Assembly (NCBI GenBank): GCA_039630085.1
Contig: JBCNVM010000007.1
Coordinates: 7,742-31,741, forward strand
Reading direction: 5' to 3'
Length of the DNA: 24,000 nt
Origin: Candidatus Caldarchaeales archaeon
GTDB lineage: Archaea > Thermoproteota > Nitrososphaeria_A > Caldarchaeales > Calditenuaceae
Both the position numbers and the translations under genes were made by a program. A model generated the notes under the pieces. That model searched no databases and was not told the origin of the DNA. It worked only from the letters and a program-made list of their open reading frames with translations. Of the stretch, positions 1 through 8,225 are shown piece after piece. Position 1 is the stretch's first letter, and each line of letters starts with the position of its first letter.

Positions 1-1395
1 ATGAACATACTTTTCGGGCTTATACAGCCCGACGAAGGGGAGATCTACTTGGACGGCAGGAGGGTCGTCTTCAGGTCGCCCCTCGATGCGATAAACATGG
101 GCGTCGGGATGGTCCATCAGAACAGGAAGTTAATACCCGCGCACACCGTGCTCGACAACGTAATAATCGGACACCCGAAGACAGGGTGGCTTCTGGACAG
201 GAAGAGGAGCAGGGCCGAGGTGGAGGAGCTGTGCAGGAGGTTCGGGTTCGACCTTGACCTCGACGCGCGGGTCTGGCAGCTCTCGGCAGGGGAGAAGCAG
301 CTGGTCGAGATCGTCCGTGCCCTTTACAGGGGGGCTAAGATACTGATCCTCGATGAGCCGACGTCCGTGCTCACGCCGCCCGAGATCGAAAGCTTCTTGG
401 AGTCCCTCAAGGCCCTCTCGAGAGAGAAGATCACTCTGGTCCCGTTCGTGACCCACAAGCTTCCGGAAGTCTTTTCGACGTGTGACAGGGTTACCATCCT
501 CAGGAGGGGGAAGGTGGTCAAGACGCTTAACGTCAAGGAGGCCACTGCCAAGCAACTCGCAGAGTACATGGTCGGCAAGGAGGTTTCTCTCTCGATAGAG
601 AGGCAGGACTCCAGGTTAGGACAGGAGATCCTGAGGGTCGAGAACCTCTCCGCGATGAACGACAAGGGTCTCGTGGCCTTCAGCGGCGTCACCTTCTCGC
701 TGCGCGAGGGCGAGATCTTCGGCATAGCGGGCGTCAGCGGGAACGGACAGCATGAGCTGGCAGAGACCATCTTCGGCCTGAGGAGGCCGTTGTCCGGCAG
801 GATCCTCTACAACGACCGCGACATCACCAAGTCCTCCGTCCTCCAGCGGTTGCGGATGGGGATCGCATACATCCCGCCGGAGAGGTTGGGAGTTGCGGCG
901 GTCGGCGAACTGAGCTTAGTCGACAACGTGTTGCTCATGTATTACTACGACGGTGCCGCGTCGAGGAGCGGGTTCATCAATTACAAGCTCATTCGGGAGC
1001 TAACGGAACAGATCATCTCCGAATACGGCATTGTCGCTCCCGGGCCCACTGCCAAGGCATCGCACTTGTCCGGCGGAAACCTGCAGAGGCTCATCCTCGG
1101 CCGGGTCCTCTCTAGGAACCCGAAGGTCGTCATAGCTAACCTCCCGACGCAGGGGCTCGACGTGGCGGCCGCCCAGTACGTAAGGAGGAAGCTGCTGGAG
1201 TGCAAGCAGCGCGGTGCCGGCGTGATCCTGATCTCGGAGGACCTCGACGAGATACTGCAACTTAGCGATAGGGTCGCCCCCGTCTACGAGGGGCGTTTCG
1301 TCGACGTTCTTGATAACACGGCCCTCCGGAAGGAGGAAGTAGGGGCGATGATAGCGGGCGCCCACGCGGGGAGGGAGAAGGGCCTTGCTCAGTGA
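1..1395 (+). CDS. ABC transporter ATP-binding protein, nucleoside/simple-sugar (BMP-associated) type, two nucleotide-binding domains; 5' truncated by window edge
   Basis: Contains LSAGEKQLVEIVRAL signature with ILDEPTSVLTP Walker B in NBD1, a second NBD with GVSGNGQHELAE Walker A and LSGGNLQRLILGRVLSRNPKVVI signature. Walker A of NBD1 is missing, so the gene starts upstream of base 1. Confidence 0.93.
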   Translation: MNILFGLIQPDEGEIYLDGRRVVFRSPLDAINMGVGMVHQNRKLIPAHTVLDNVIIGHPKTGWLLDRKRSRAEVEELCRRFGFDLDLDARVWQLSAGEKQLVEIVRALYRGAKILILDEPTSVLTPPEIESFLESLKALSREKITLVPFVTHKLPEVFSTCDRVTILRRGKVVKTLNVKEATAKQLAEYMVGKEVSLSIERQDSRLGQEILRVENLSAMNDKGLVAFSGVTFSLREGEIFGIAGVSGNGQHELAETIFGLRRPLSGRILYNDRDITKSSVLQRLRMGIAYIPPERLGVAAVGELSLVDNVLLMYYYDGAASRSGFINYKLIRELTEQIISEYGIVAPGPTAKASHLSGGNLQRLILGRVLSRNPKVVIANLPTQGLDVAAAQYVRRKLLECKQRGAGVILISEDLDEILQLSDRVAPVYEGRFVDVLDNTALRKEEVGAMIAGAHAGREKGLAQ

Positions 1396-2467
1396 TACCC
1401 ATTTCAGGATCAAGCTGGAGAGGCTCCCCACCTTATCCGGTTGGAGGGCCGTCAGGATATCGCTTTACTCGATAGTGCTGTCGTTCCTTCTGTTCAGCAG
1501 CGTGTTGATATACGAGGGCGCCGATCCGCTCGTGGCTTACCAGAACATGTTCTCGTTCGCTTTCGATCCCAAGCTGGGACTCCCGCTGACCCTTCACAGG
1601 TCCATGCTGATCCTTCTGTGTACCCTCGCGTTCATCATCCCGTTGAGAGCAGGGCTCTGGAACGTGGGGATGGAGGGGCAGTTCTATCTCGGCACCATCG
1701 GGGCCTTCTTCTTAGCCTACACCTTCTCGACTTACTCCTCAGAGGTCCTGATGCTTCTCATGATAGTGGGGGCAATGGGCGGAGGGGCACTCTACGGCGC
1801 CATCGCTGGGTTCTTACGCGGTCGGTACAACGTCAACGAGGTGGTAGTGACGCTCATGCTCAACAACATAGCGTTCTGGATCGTATACATGCTCGTGGTC
1901 GGAGGGCCGTGGGCTGGGATCGCCGAGTCGTCGAGCAGGCCGCTACCTACGTCCGCTCACGCTCCGTTCATCTCCATAACGCCCATCACGAGCTACATCA
2001 TCGTCGCACTCGCAGTGCTCGTCTTCCTCTTCCTCACCAAGACGACCTTGGGATTCAAGCTCCGGGTCCTAGGATATAGCCCCGTAGCCGCGAGGATTGC
2101 CGGCATAGAGGAGTTCAGGGTCTCTGTCCTCGTGATGAGCATAGGAGGTGCCTTAGCTGGTCTGGCCGGCTATCACATGTGGGCGGGCGATCCGGCATAC
2201 TACATGATTCCGCGTCCGGAGGCTTACAAAGCGATAGGCGATCTGACCTACTGGGGCATCATAATCGGGCTGATCTGCCTGCTCAATCCCATTCCCGCCA
2301 TACCGGCTTCCCTCTTCATGGGCTCCGTCATAGTCGGCTCGACCGTGTTGGTGAGGAGGCTGCGACTGCCTTTCGGGCTAGATTTCCTGCTGCTGGGGAT
2401 CATCTCGATTACCTTTGCCGCCTTCCAACTGTTCTACAACTACAGGATGCGGGTGATCAGGAAATGA
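1385..2467 (+). CDS. ABC transporter permease, nucleoside-type (YufP-like)
   Basis: Hydrophobic protein with PLRAGLWNVGMEGQFYLGTIGAFF and GLAGYHMWAGD typical of BPD_transp_2 permeases; overlaps the upstream ATPase gene by 11 nt. Confidence 0.9.
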   Translation: MLSDTHFRIKLERLPTLSGWRAVRISLYSIVLSFLLFSSVLIYEGADPLVAYQNMFSFAFDPKLGLPLTLHRSMLILLCTLAFIIPLRAGLWNVGMEGQFYLGTIGAFFLAYTFSTYSSEVLMLLMIVGAMGGGALYGAIAGFLRGRYNVNEVVVTLMLNNIAFWIVYMLVVGGPWAGIAESSSRPLPTSAHAPFISITPITSYIIVALAVLVFLFLTKTTLGFKLRVLGYSPVAARIAGIEEFRVSVLVMSIGGALAGLAGYHMWAGDPAYYMIPRPEAYKAIGDLTYWGIIIGLICLLNPIPAIPASLFMGSVIVGSTVLVRRLRLPFGLDFLLLGIISITFAAFQLFYNYRMRVIRK

Positions 2468-3357
2468 TCGAGTTACCTCCGGCGATCTGGCCCTTCACCA
2501 CTAGGGTCTTAGAGGTCTCAACGATCCTGCTTCTCGCTGCCGCAGGCGAGCTCCTCGTCCAGCGGTCGGGCGTGATCAACGTCGGTATCGAGGGCCTCAT
2601 GCTGTTCGGCGCGGCGACGTCGTTCATGACCGCTCAGCTCTTCGGTCCGCTTCCGGGCTTCATCGCAGGCTCGCTCGTGGGGACCCTTCTGGGACTCTTC
2701 CACGCCGTGATGTCGGTCTCTTTGAGGGTCAATCAGATAATCAGTGGAATGGGGGTTTGGTTGTTCGCGATGGGTTTCGTAACTTACTGGGCTGACAGGT
2801 ATACTGGTCCTCTCCGGACTTCGGTCCCGCGCATAGCCGGTCTAACTCCTGCCCTATTCATAGCGCTCGCCGTAGTTTTCGTGATCTGGTTCGTGCTGAA
2901 CAAAACGCATTATGGCTTGAAGATACGGTCCGTGGGGGAGAATCCCGCGGCCGCTGAGGTTTCCGGCGTCAATGTCAGTAGGATAAGGTACGTTTGCACG
3001 ATTATCGGCGGCACGCTGGGCAGCTTCGCGGGATCGGTCCTGCTCCTTTCGTACCTCGGGGCCTGGAGTCATCTCCCCACAAAAGGACTCGGATGGCTGT
3101 CGTTCGGATTGGTCATGTTCTCGCTCTGGAGACCAGGGATACTGCTCGCCGGGGCGCTCGCCTTCGGCTTCGTCTGGCAGTTCGCGATCTCGCCCGAGTC
3201 CATCGTCCCCGGCTTCCCAGTCCCTCTACCTGTTAGCAGAATGCTTCCGTTCTTGGTGACGGTAGTGATACTCACGATAATCTCGACCGAGCGGTTCAGG
3301 AGGAAATGGGCTCTGCTGAAACCTGAAGCGCTCGGACAACCATACATAAAAGAATGA
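2464..3357 (+). CDS. ABC transporter permease, nucleoside-type (YufQ-like)
   Basis: ATG overlaps previous stop (ATGA). RSGVINVGIEGLMLFGAATSF motif; the supplied ORF 2179..3357 has a spurious N-terminal extension through the preceding gene. Confidence 0.9.
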   Translation: MIELPPAIWPFTTRVLEVSTILLLAAAGELLVQRSGVINVGIEGLMLFGAATSFMTAQLFGPLPGFIAGSLVGTLLGLFHAVMSVSLRVNQIISGMGVWLFAMGFVTYWADRYTGPLRTSVPRIAGLTPALFIALAVVFVIWFVLNKTHYGLKIRSVGENPAAAEVSGVNVSRIRYVCTIIGGTLGSFAGSVLLLSYLGAWSHLPTKGLGWLSFGLVMFSLWRPGILLAGALAFGFVWQFAISPESIVPGFPVPLPVSRMLPFLVTVVILTIISTERFRRKWALLKPEALGQPYIKE

Positions 3358-3383
3358 TGATCCTGAGCGTATGTGACTCTGTT

Positions 3384-4730
3384 TTACTTCAGCAGCACTA
3401 TGCCGTCCAGCATGAAGTTGAGCCTCGCGAGTAGAAATTCGTCTGTCGGCATCTCTTTTGCGGGCTTCACCACGGTACCCTTCGGAGGTACCTTCAGGTT
3501 GAGCTGCGGTATTTCGATCCCCTCGCCACTGCTGACCAGCTCGTTCTCATAGAACGGGTCCCAAGCGCCGCTCATCATCTGAGCCCTCCTGAGCTCTATG
3601 AGTTTCAGTACCCTCTCGGGGATGAGCGGTCTCGCCTTCGGGCTGATCGCCTCGAGCCCCACCTTCATATCGTTCTGTAGGTCGACTGCCGGCAACTTGG
3701 TCTGGCCTGGCATGATCGGATTGTTCTCCGGCAGCGAGATGTGTGTGTTCATGCCCAAGAAGTAGATCCTGTCGGGGTTAGTAGTGCCCGCGAGGTACTC
3801 CTTCAGGATCCGGTCGAAGAGGACCTCCCATCTGGTGTCGAAGGATACGGCAACCGTGTCGGTGGTAGACCACTTGTAGAGTCCCACCACGTCCGTGTCC
3901 TTACCTACGAACCAGATCTTTTTCTCCTCCGCGACCCTGAGGGGCTCGACCGAGTCCGTGTAATGGGTCAGGACATCGACCCCGGCGTCCACTAACGCAA
4001 GCGATACCTCCTTCTCCTTGGGCGGATCGAACCACTCGCCGACGTATTTGATGTACAGCGTCGCGTTAGGGTTAGCGTCCTTGATCCCCAAGTAGAACGC
4101 GGCCATCCTCCTGAAGTTCTGCACGGCTGCCGGCCCCACTGCTATGCCGATCTTGTTCTTGCGCGTTATGGCGCCTGCGATCAGTCCCTCGAGGTACATC
4201 GCCTGATACTGTCTGATGAAAACCCTCATGAAGTTCCTTCTCGAAGAGACGTCGCTCCCGACGATGCCGAGGAAGTAGACGTTGGGGTTTTCGTCGGCTA
4301 TCCTGTGGAACGCGGGGACTGCCGCGGGCTCCCAGCTCCCGAAGATCACGTTGGCCTTGTTGACGGTGATCAGGTCCCTGGCCGACGATATCGGGTCCTT
4401 GCCCTTCAGGATAACACCCTCGTCGCGGACGTAGTCGAACCAGTTGTAGATCTTCTTCAGCCTCTCCGCGGCCATCACCTGGCGCCCGTCCCACGTCGAG
4501 CCCTCGACGTATCCTCCTAGGACCATCCCCAGAACGACCTTATTGGTCGCTTGAACCTCACGGGTCACGGTTGTCGTGAAGGCCCTCGTCTCGGTCACAG
4601 TCCGAGCTGGAGCTGCAGAGCCCCCAGCGAAGTATCCCCCAACAGCTCCCACGACTCCAGCGCCAACGGCGGCCGCCGCGACCTTTCCGGCAGTCGAGAT
4701 GGCCTCCCTTCTCGTTACCCTTCTAGTCAC
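3384..4730 (-). CDS. BMP-family (basic membrane protein / nucleoside-binding) ABC substrate-binding lipoprotein-like protein with twin-arginine signal
   Basis: N-terminus MTRRVTRREAISTAGKVAAAAVGAGVVGAVGGYFAGG (Tat-like), then VVLGMVLGGYVEGSTWDGRQVMAAERLKK, ITRKNKIGIAVG, and GVDVLTHYTDS characteristic of BMP-family proteins. Convergent with the permease operon. Confidence 0.85.
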   Translation of the reverse strand: MTRRVTRREAISTAGKVAAAAVGAGVVGAVGGYFAGGSAAPARTVTETRAFTTTVTREVQATNKVVLGMVLGGYVEGSTWDGRQVMAAERLKKIYNWFDYVRDEGVILKGKDPISSARDLITVNKANVIFGSWEPAAVPAFHRIADENPNVYFLGIVGSDVSSRRNFMRVFIRQYQAMYLEGLIAGAITRKNKIGIAVGPAAVQNFRRMAAFYLGIKDANPNATLYIKYVGEWFDPPKEKEVSLALVDAGVDVLTHYTDSVEPLRVAEEKKIWFVGKDTDVVGLYKWSTTDTVAVSFDTRWEVLFDRILKEYLAGTTNPDRIYFLGMNTHISLPENNPIMPGQTKLPAVDLQNDMKVGLEAISPKARPLIPERVLKLIELRRAQMMSGAWDPFYENELVSSGEGIEIPQLNLKVPPKGTVVKPAKEMPTDEFLLARLNFMLDGIVLLK

Positions 4731-4749
4731 GCGAAACGCGCTCCGATGG

Positions 4750-4762
4750 TTTTATTTAACCT
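4750..4762 (-). promoter_or_regulatory. TATA box for the BMP-family gene
   Basis: AT-rich ttttatttaac in the 43-bp intergenic gap, centred about 25 nt upstream of ATG at 4730; consistent with leaderless transcription. Confidence 0.5.
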
Positions 4763-4773
4763 TTTTACACTAA

Positions 4774-7098
4774 CTAATATCTTCGCCGACGAATAAGTTC
4801 ATAAAGCTTGTGGGGCTGCAGCGGGCTCTCGAACGGGATGACGGAGTTGTCGAGTGCGTCCTGCACTGTCGAGGCGATGACCGCGGCGACCGGTATAGCC
4901 CCTGCCTCTCCCACGCCCTTCACCCCCAGCGGGTTGAGAGGGGACGGTGTCTCGATGTGCCTTATGATTATCTCGTTCGGCGTCTCGACTGAGGTCGGAA
5001 CGAGGTAATCGGCGAAGCTCGCTGTCAGAGGCTGACCGTTCTCGTCGTGCACGATCTCCTCGAGCAGAGAGAACCCTATCCCGTTTGAAAGGCCTCCGAG
5101 GATCTGGCCCTCTACGATCATCGGATTTATGACTTTTCCGCAGTCGTGGACCACGACCATCCGCAGTATCGTGATTGCGCCCGTCTCCGGATCGACCTCT
5201 ACCTCGGCCGCTGCTCCTCCCGACGAGAACACTGAGTGTACCGGGCTGAAGTACTTCGTGGCCTCGAGCCCCGGCTCTCGCTTTATCAGGCCCCGCAGGG
5301 GACGGGCGCGCTCGGCGAGCTCTCCGAGGCCCATCGACTTGTCCGGTACCCCCTTGACGTAGACCCGTCCGTCCCTGAACTCCAAGTCGTCGGGACTGGT
5401 CTCGAGGATCTGCGCCGCGAGCTCCGCGGCTTTCCTCCTGACCTCCATTGCTGCCAGGTAGACCGCGTTTCCGGCTATGGTGGCAGACCTGCTGGCGAAT
5501 GTGCCCACCCCCCATGACATCTGCGCAGTGTCCCCGACGGCCACGTCCACATCGTGCACGCTCACTCCCAACGCCTCGGAGACGATCTGTGCCAAGGTGG
5601 TGGACTGGCCCTGACCCTGGGTCCCGACGCCCGTTGCGACGCTCACCTTGCCGGACGGCGTCACGGTCACTCTGGCCATCTCGTAGGGGCCCACTCCGGC
5701 TCCCTCAACGTAGAGCGCGAGCCCAAGCCCGACGAACCTGCCCTCTCTCCTGTACCTCTCCCTGCGTTCGGGCCAGCCTCTGTAGTCTATCGCGTCCAAG
5801 AGCGTCTCGAGGAGGAGCGGGTAATTCCCGCTGTCGTACTTCACCGGCCCTCCGTCCTGATAGATTATCCCGGTGTCGTACGGGAACTCGTTGGGCTGGA
5901 TGATATTCCGCCTCCTTATCTCGGCCCTGTCAAGTCCCAACCTGTGCGCCGCCACGTCCATCATCCTTTCCATCACGTAAACGGCTTCCGGTCTTCCGGC
6001 GCCTCTGACCGGGCTGACGATGGTCTTGTTGGTGTAGACCGACGCGAACTCCACGTCGAACGCGGGTATTTTGTATGGTCCGGGCATCGTCCCTGTTGTG
6101 ATGATCGGCACCATTATTCCATAGGGTGTGTAAGCTCCAGTGTCGACTAGGAAACTGTCGCTCAGTCCTAGTATCTTCCCGTCCCTGCTGAAGGCTGCCC
6201 TCACGTAGTGGACCTGTATCCTCTGCTGGTTGGCCGCCACCATATACTCCCGCCTCTCCTCTATCCACTTGACCGGACGGCCCAGCCTGATCGCCGCGAA
6301 GGGGACTAAGATCTCCTCGGGGTAGAACAGCATGATCTTCGGGCCGAACCCACCCCCCACGTCTGGAGCTATCACCCTCACCCGATTCTCGGGAATGCCG
6401 AACAGCTTCGCGAGTCCGTTCCGGATCGGAATTGGGGCTTGGGTGGAGTCCCAGACCGTCAGATAACCCGACTTCTCGTCGTAGTGCGCCACCACACCCC
6501 TGGTCTCTATGGATGCCCCCGCGCCCCTGTTGAAGACGATTCGCTGCTCTATCACGAGGTCTGCGCGCCGGAAGGCCTCGGAGACGTCTCCGACCCTCAC
6601 CCTATGTCGGGCTGCTATGTTGTTGGGCACGTCGTCGTGTACGAGCGGAGACCCGGGCTGAATCGCCCTCTCAACGTCAACGACTGGTTCCAGCGGATCG
6701 TATTCCACAGATATCAGCTCCAACGCGTCCCTTGCGACGTACTTGTCCTCGGCTACGACCATCGCGATCGGTTCCCCCACGTAACGCACCTTGTCCTTCG
6801 CTAGCGCGTAGTGGGTCTTCATGTAGGGTATCGGATATTGAGGCAGCGGGGTGATCGAGGGTGGAAGCGGTCCGTTCAGGGGCCCTAAGTCCTCGGCCGT
6901 GTAGACCGCCGCTACCCCGTCCAGCCTCTCGGCCCCCGACTTGTCAATCGAGACTATCCTCGCGTGGGCGTGGGGACTTCTCAGGATTGCAGCGTAGAGC
7001 ATTCGTGGGAGGACGATGTCGTCAACGAACAGGCCCTTGCCCGATAGAAGCCTCCCGTCCTCCAGTCTAGGTACGGAGGCTCCTATAATTTTCTTCAT
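4774..7098 (-). CDS. Molybdenum hydroxylase large (molybdopterin-binding) subunit, xanthine dehydrogenase / CoxL-like form II family
   Basis: GRLLSGKGLFVDDIVLPRMLYAAILRSPHAHARI; VGGGFGPK; PVRGAGRPEA active-site loop; GVKGVGEAGAIPVAAVIASTVQDAL near the C-terminus. Start placed at MKKIIGAS (7098) because a TATA-like element sits about 26 nt upstream; the track ORF begins at 7170. Confidence 0.88.
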   Translation of the reverse strand: MKKIIGASVPRLEDGRLLSGKGLFVDDIVLPRMLYAAILRSPHAHARIVSIDKSGAERLDGVAAVYTAEDLGPLNGPLPPSITPLPQYPIPYMKTHYALAKDKVRYVGEPIAMVVAEDKYVARDALELISVEYDPLEPVVDVERAIQPGSPLVHDDVPNNIAARHRVRVGDVSEAFRRADLVIEQRIVFNRGAGASIETRGVVAHYDEKSGYLTVWDSTQAPIPIRNGLAKLFGIPENRVRVIAPDVGGGFGPKIMLFYPEEILVPFAAIRLGRPVKWIEERREYMVAANQQRIQVHYVRAAFSRDGKILGLSDSFLVDTGAYTPYGIMVPIITTGTMPGPYKIPAFDVEFASVYTNKTIVSPVRGAGRPEAVYVMERMMDVAAHRLGLDRAEIRRRNIIQPNEFPYDTGIIYQDGGPVKYDSGNYPLLLETLLDAIDYRGWPERRERYRREGRFVGLGLALYVEGAGVGPYEMARVTVTPSGKVSVATGVGTQGQGQSTTLAQIVSEALGVSVHDVDVAVGDTAQMSWGVGTFASRSATIAGNAVYLAAMEVRRKAAELAAQILETSPDDLEFRDGRVYVKGVPDKSMGLGELAERARPLRGLIKREPGLEATKYFSPVHSVFSSGGAAAEVEVDPETGAITILRMVVVHDCGKVINPMIVEGQILGGLSNGIGFSLLEEIVHDENGQPLTASFADYLVPTSVETPNEIIIRHIETPSPLNPLGVKGVGEAGAIPVAAVIASTVQDALDNSVIPFESPLQPHKLYELIRRRRY

Positions 7099-7117
7099 AT
7101 GACGCCGGTCATTGATT

Positions 7118-7130
7118 CTATTATTTATGT
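7118..7130 (-). promoter_or_regulatory. TATA box for the molybdenum hydroxylase gene
   Basis: ctattatttatg (plus strand) centred about 26 nt upstream of the proposed ATG at 7098. Confidence 0.45.
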
Positions 7131-7305
7131 TTATTCTTTGATATAATAGTTTTGCAGTCGTATGCCACATCGGAGGCGGTTCGCGTCTTCCCGTTCCACT
7201 GCTGCAGCAGGGCTCGCCTCGAACGCCGTCATGATGCGATTCTTTGCGCGGTCTCCGGGCCGAACTCGCGAACCTTTTTCCCGGAGAGGGAACGCGTAGC
7301 GCGCG

Positions 7306-8157
7306 ATGAAGTCCGGCGCGCTGAGCTACGACGAGGGCTACAGGCTGCTGTCGGAAGGCGGCGGAACCGTCGAGGCTCTGGGGAGCAGGGCGGCATACGT
7401 GAGGACGCCCTCCGAGGATGTTGTGATACTGACCGATCGACCTCTGACGCGCTATTCGGTCTCCCTCTTCGACTCTTGGGAGGACTTGAGGAAGGTCATC
7501 GAAGTGGGCGACCGCGTCTCGATCGAGCGGTCGACGCTGACGATCGGAGCTGAGCTCCGCGTGCCGTTGAGGGTACGGGGTCTCTGTTCGAGGGTGACGG
7601 GCCGCTCTGATCTCAGCCCAGAGTCCCTGAGCTCGGCGATCAGTTATTTCCGGGCGCTCGCTTCAGTCGACGAGCGCGACCCGGTTGTGGAGCGAGGCGT
7701 AGAGATCCTCAGGAGCAGCGCGAGTGCCGACGCTCTCTGCGAGTCCCTTAAGGAGGTCGTCGGAAAGGGCAGGGGGTACACGCCGGTCGGCGACGACTTC
7801 GTTTCGGGGGTCATGGTGGCCTTCAAGTTACTTGGCCGCGAATCTGACTTCCGTCCGCTCGTAGAGTTCGCAAAGTCGCGTTCGAGGTGGCCCAGCTGGA
7901 AAATGATGGAGCACTCCCTTCACGGGTGCACATTCCTTTCGGTCATGTCGCTCTGTGCCTCGATCGCAAAGGGGTCTGACCCAACTCCACATGTGATGAG
8001 TTCACTTAGGATGGGCAGCTCAACGGGGCTTGCCGTTTTGACAGGGCTTTTTGAGACGTTGTTTTTGTATTACAGGAGTTTGTCTAATATGTTTTTGAGG
8101 TCGTCCTCGATTTCCGCAGGTGGGCTCCATTCGACGTCGACGACTTCCACACCCTGA
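7306..8157 (+). CDS. DUF2877 family protein (AllH/YlbF-like)
   Basis: GKGRGYTPVGDDFVSGVMVAF matches the G-x-TP-x-GDD-x-L/V-x-G hallmark of DUF2877; HSLHGCTFLSVMSLCASIAKG...SSLRMGSSTGLAVLTGL C-terminal region; located beside fdrA-like and DUF1116 genes. Confidence 0.75.
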   Translation: MKSGALSYDEGYRLLSEGGGTVEALGSRAAYVRTPSEDVVILTDRPLTRYSVSLFDSWEDLRKVIEVGDRVSIERSTLTIGAELRVPLRVRGLCSRVTGRSDLSPESLSSAISYFRALASVDERDPVVERGVEILRSSASADALCESLKEVVGKGRGYTPVGDDFVSGVMVAFKLLGRESDFRPLVEFAKSRSRWPSWKMMEHSLHGCTFLSVMSLCASIAKGSDPTPHVMSSLRMGSSTGLAVLTGLFETLFLYYRSLSNMFLRSSSISAGGLHSTSTTSTP

Positions 8158-8225
8158 CTTCGGAGGCTCTCGGAGAATATTGACACGCCGATGCAGAGCA
8201 CCTTTCCGATCCTCTCCGGCGTCAT
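8070..8225 (-). CDS. 51-aa small protein resembling the '(V/I)-x-N/C-x-GxxxFxxxLxxQGVxVVxVxWxPPA' domain found at FdrA/DUF1116 loci
   Basis: Read directly from sequence (absent from ORF track, under 60 aa): MTPERIGKVLCIGVSIFSESLRSQGVEVVDVEWSPPAEIEDDLKNILDKLL*. ATG (8225-8223) overlaps the fdrA-like stop (8224-8222) as ATGA. Confidence 0.72.
   Translation of the reverse strand: MTPERIGKVLCIGVSIFSESLRSQGVEVVDVEWSPPAEIEDDLKNILDKLL

Noticed and set aside
4799-5515. 238-aa minus ORF and other ORFs (5554..6150 +, 5930..6268 -) within the Mo-hydroxylase gene
   Set aside because: Frameshadow ORFs; the 4774..7098 frame carries all family motifs.
4774-7098. Annotation as aerobic CO dehydrogenase large subunit (coxL)
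   Set aside because: Active-site loop is PVRGAGR, not the Cys-containing form I CODH loop, and no CoxM/CoxS genes are adjacent.
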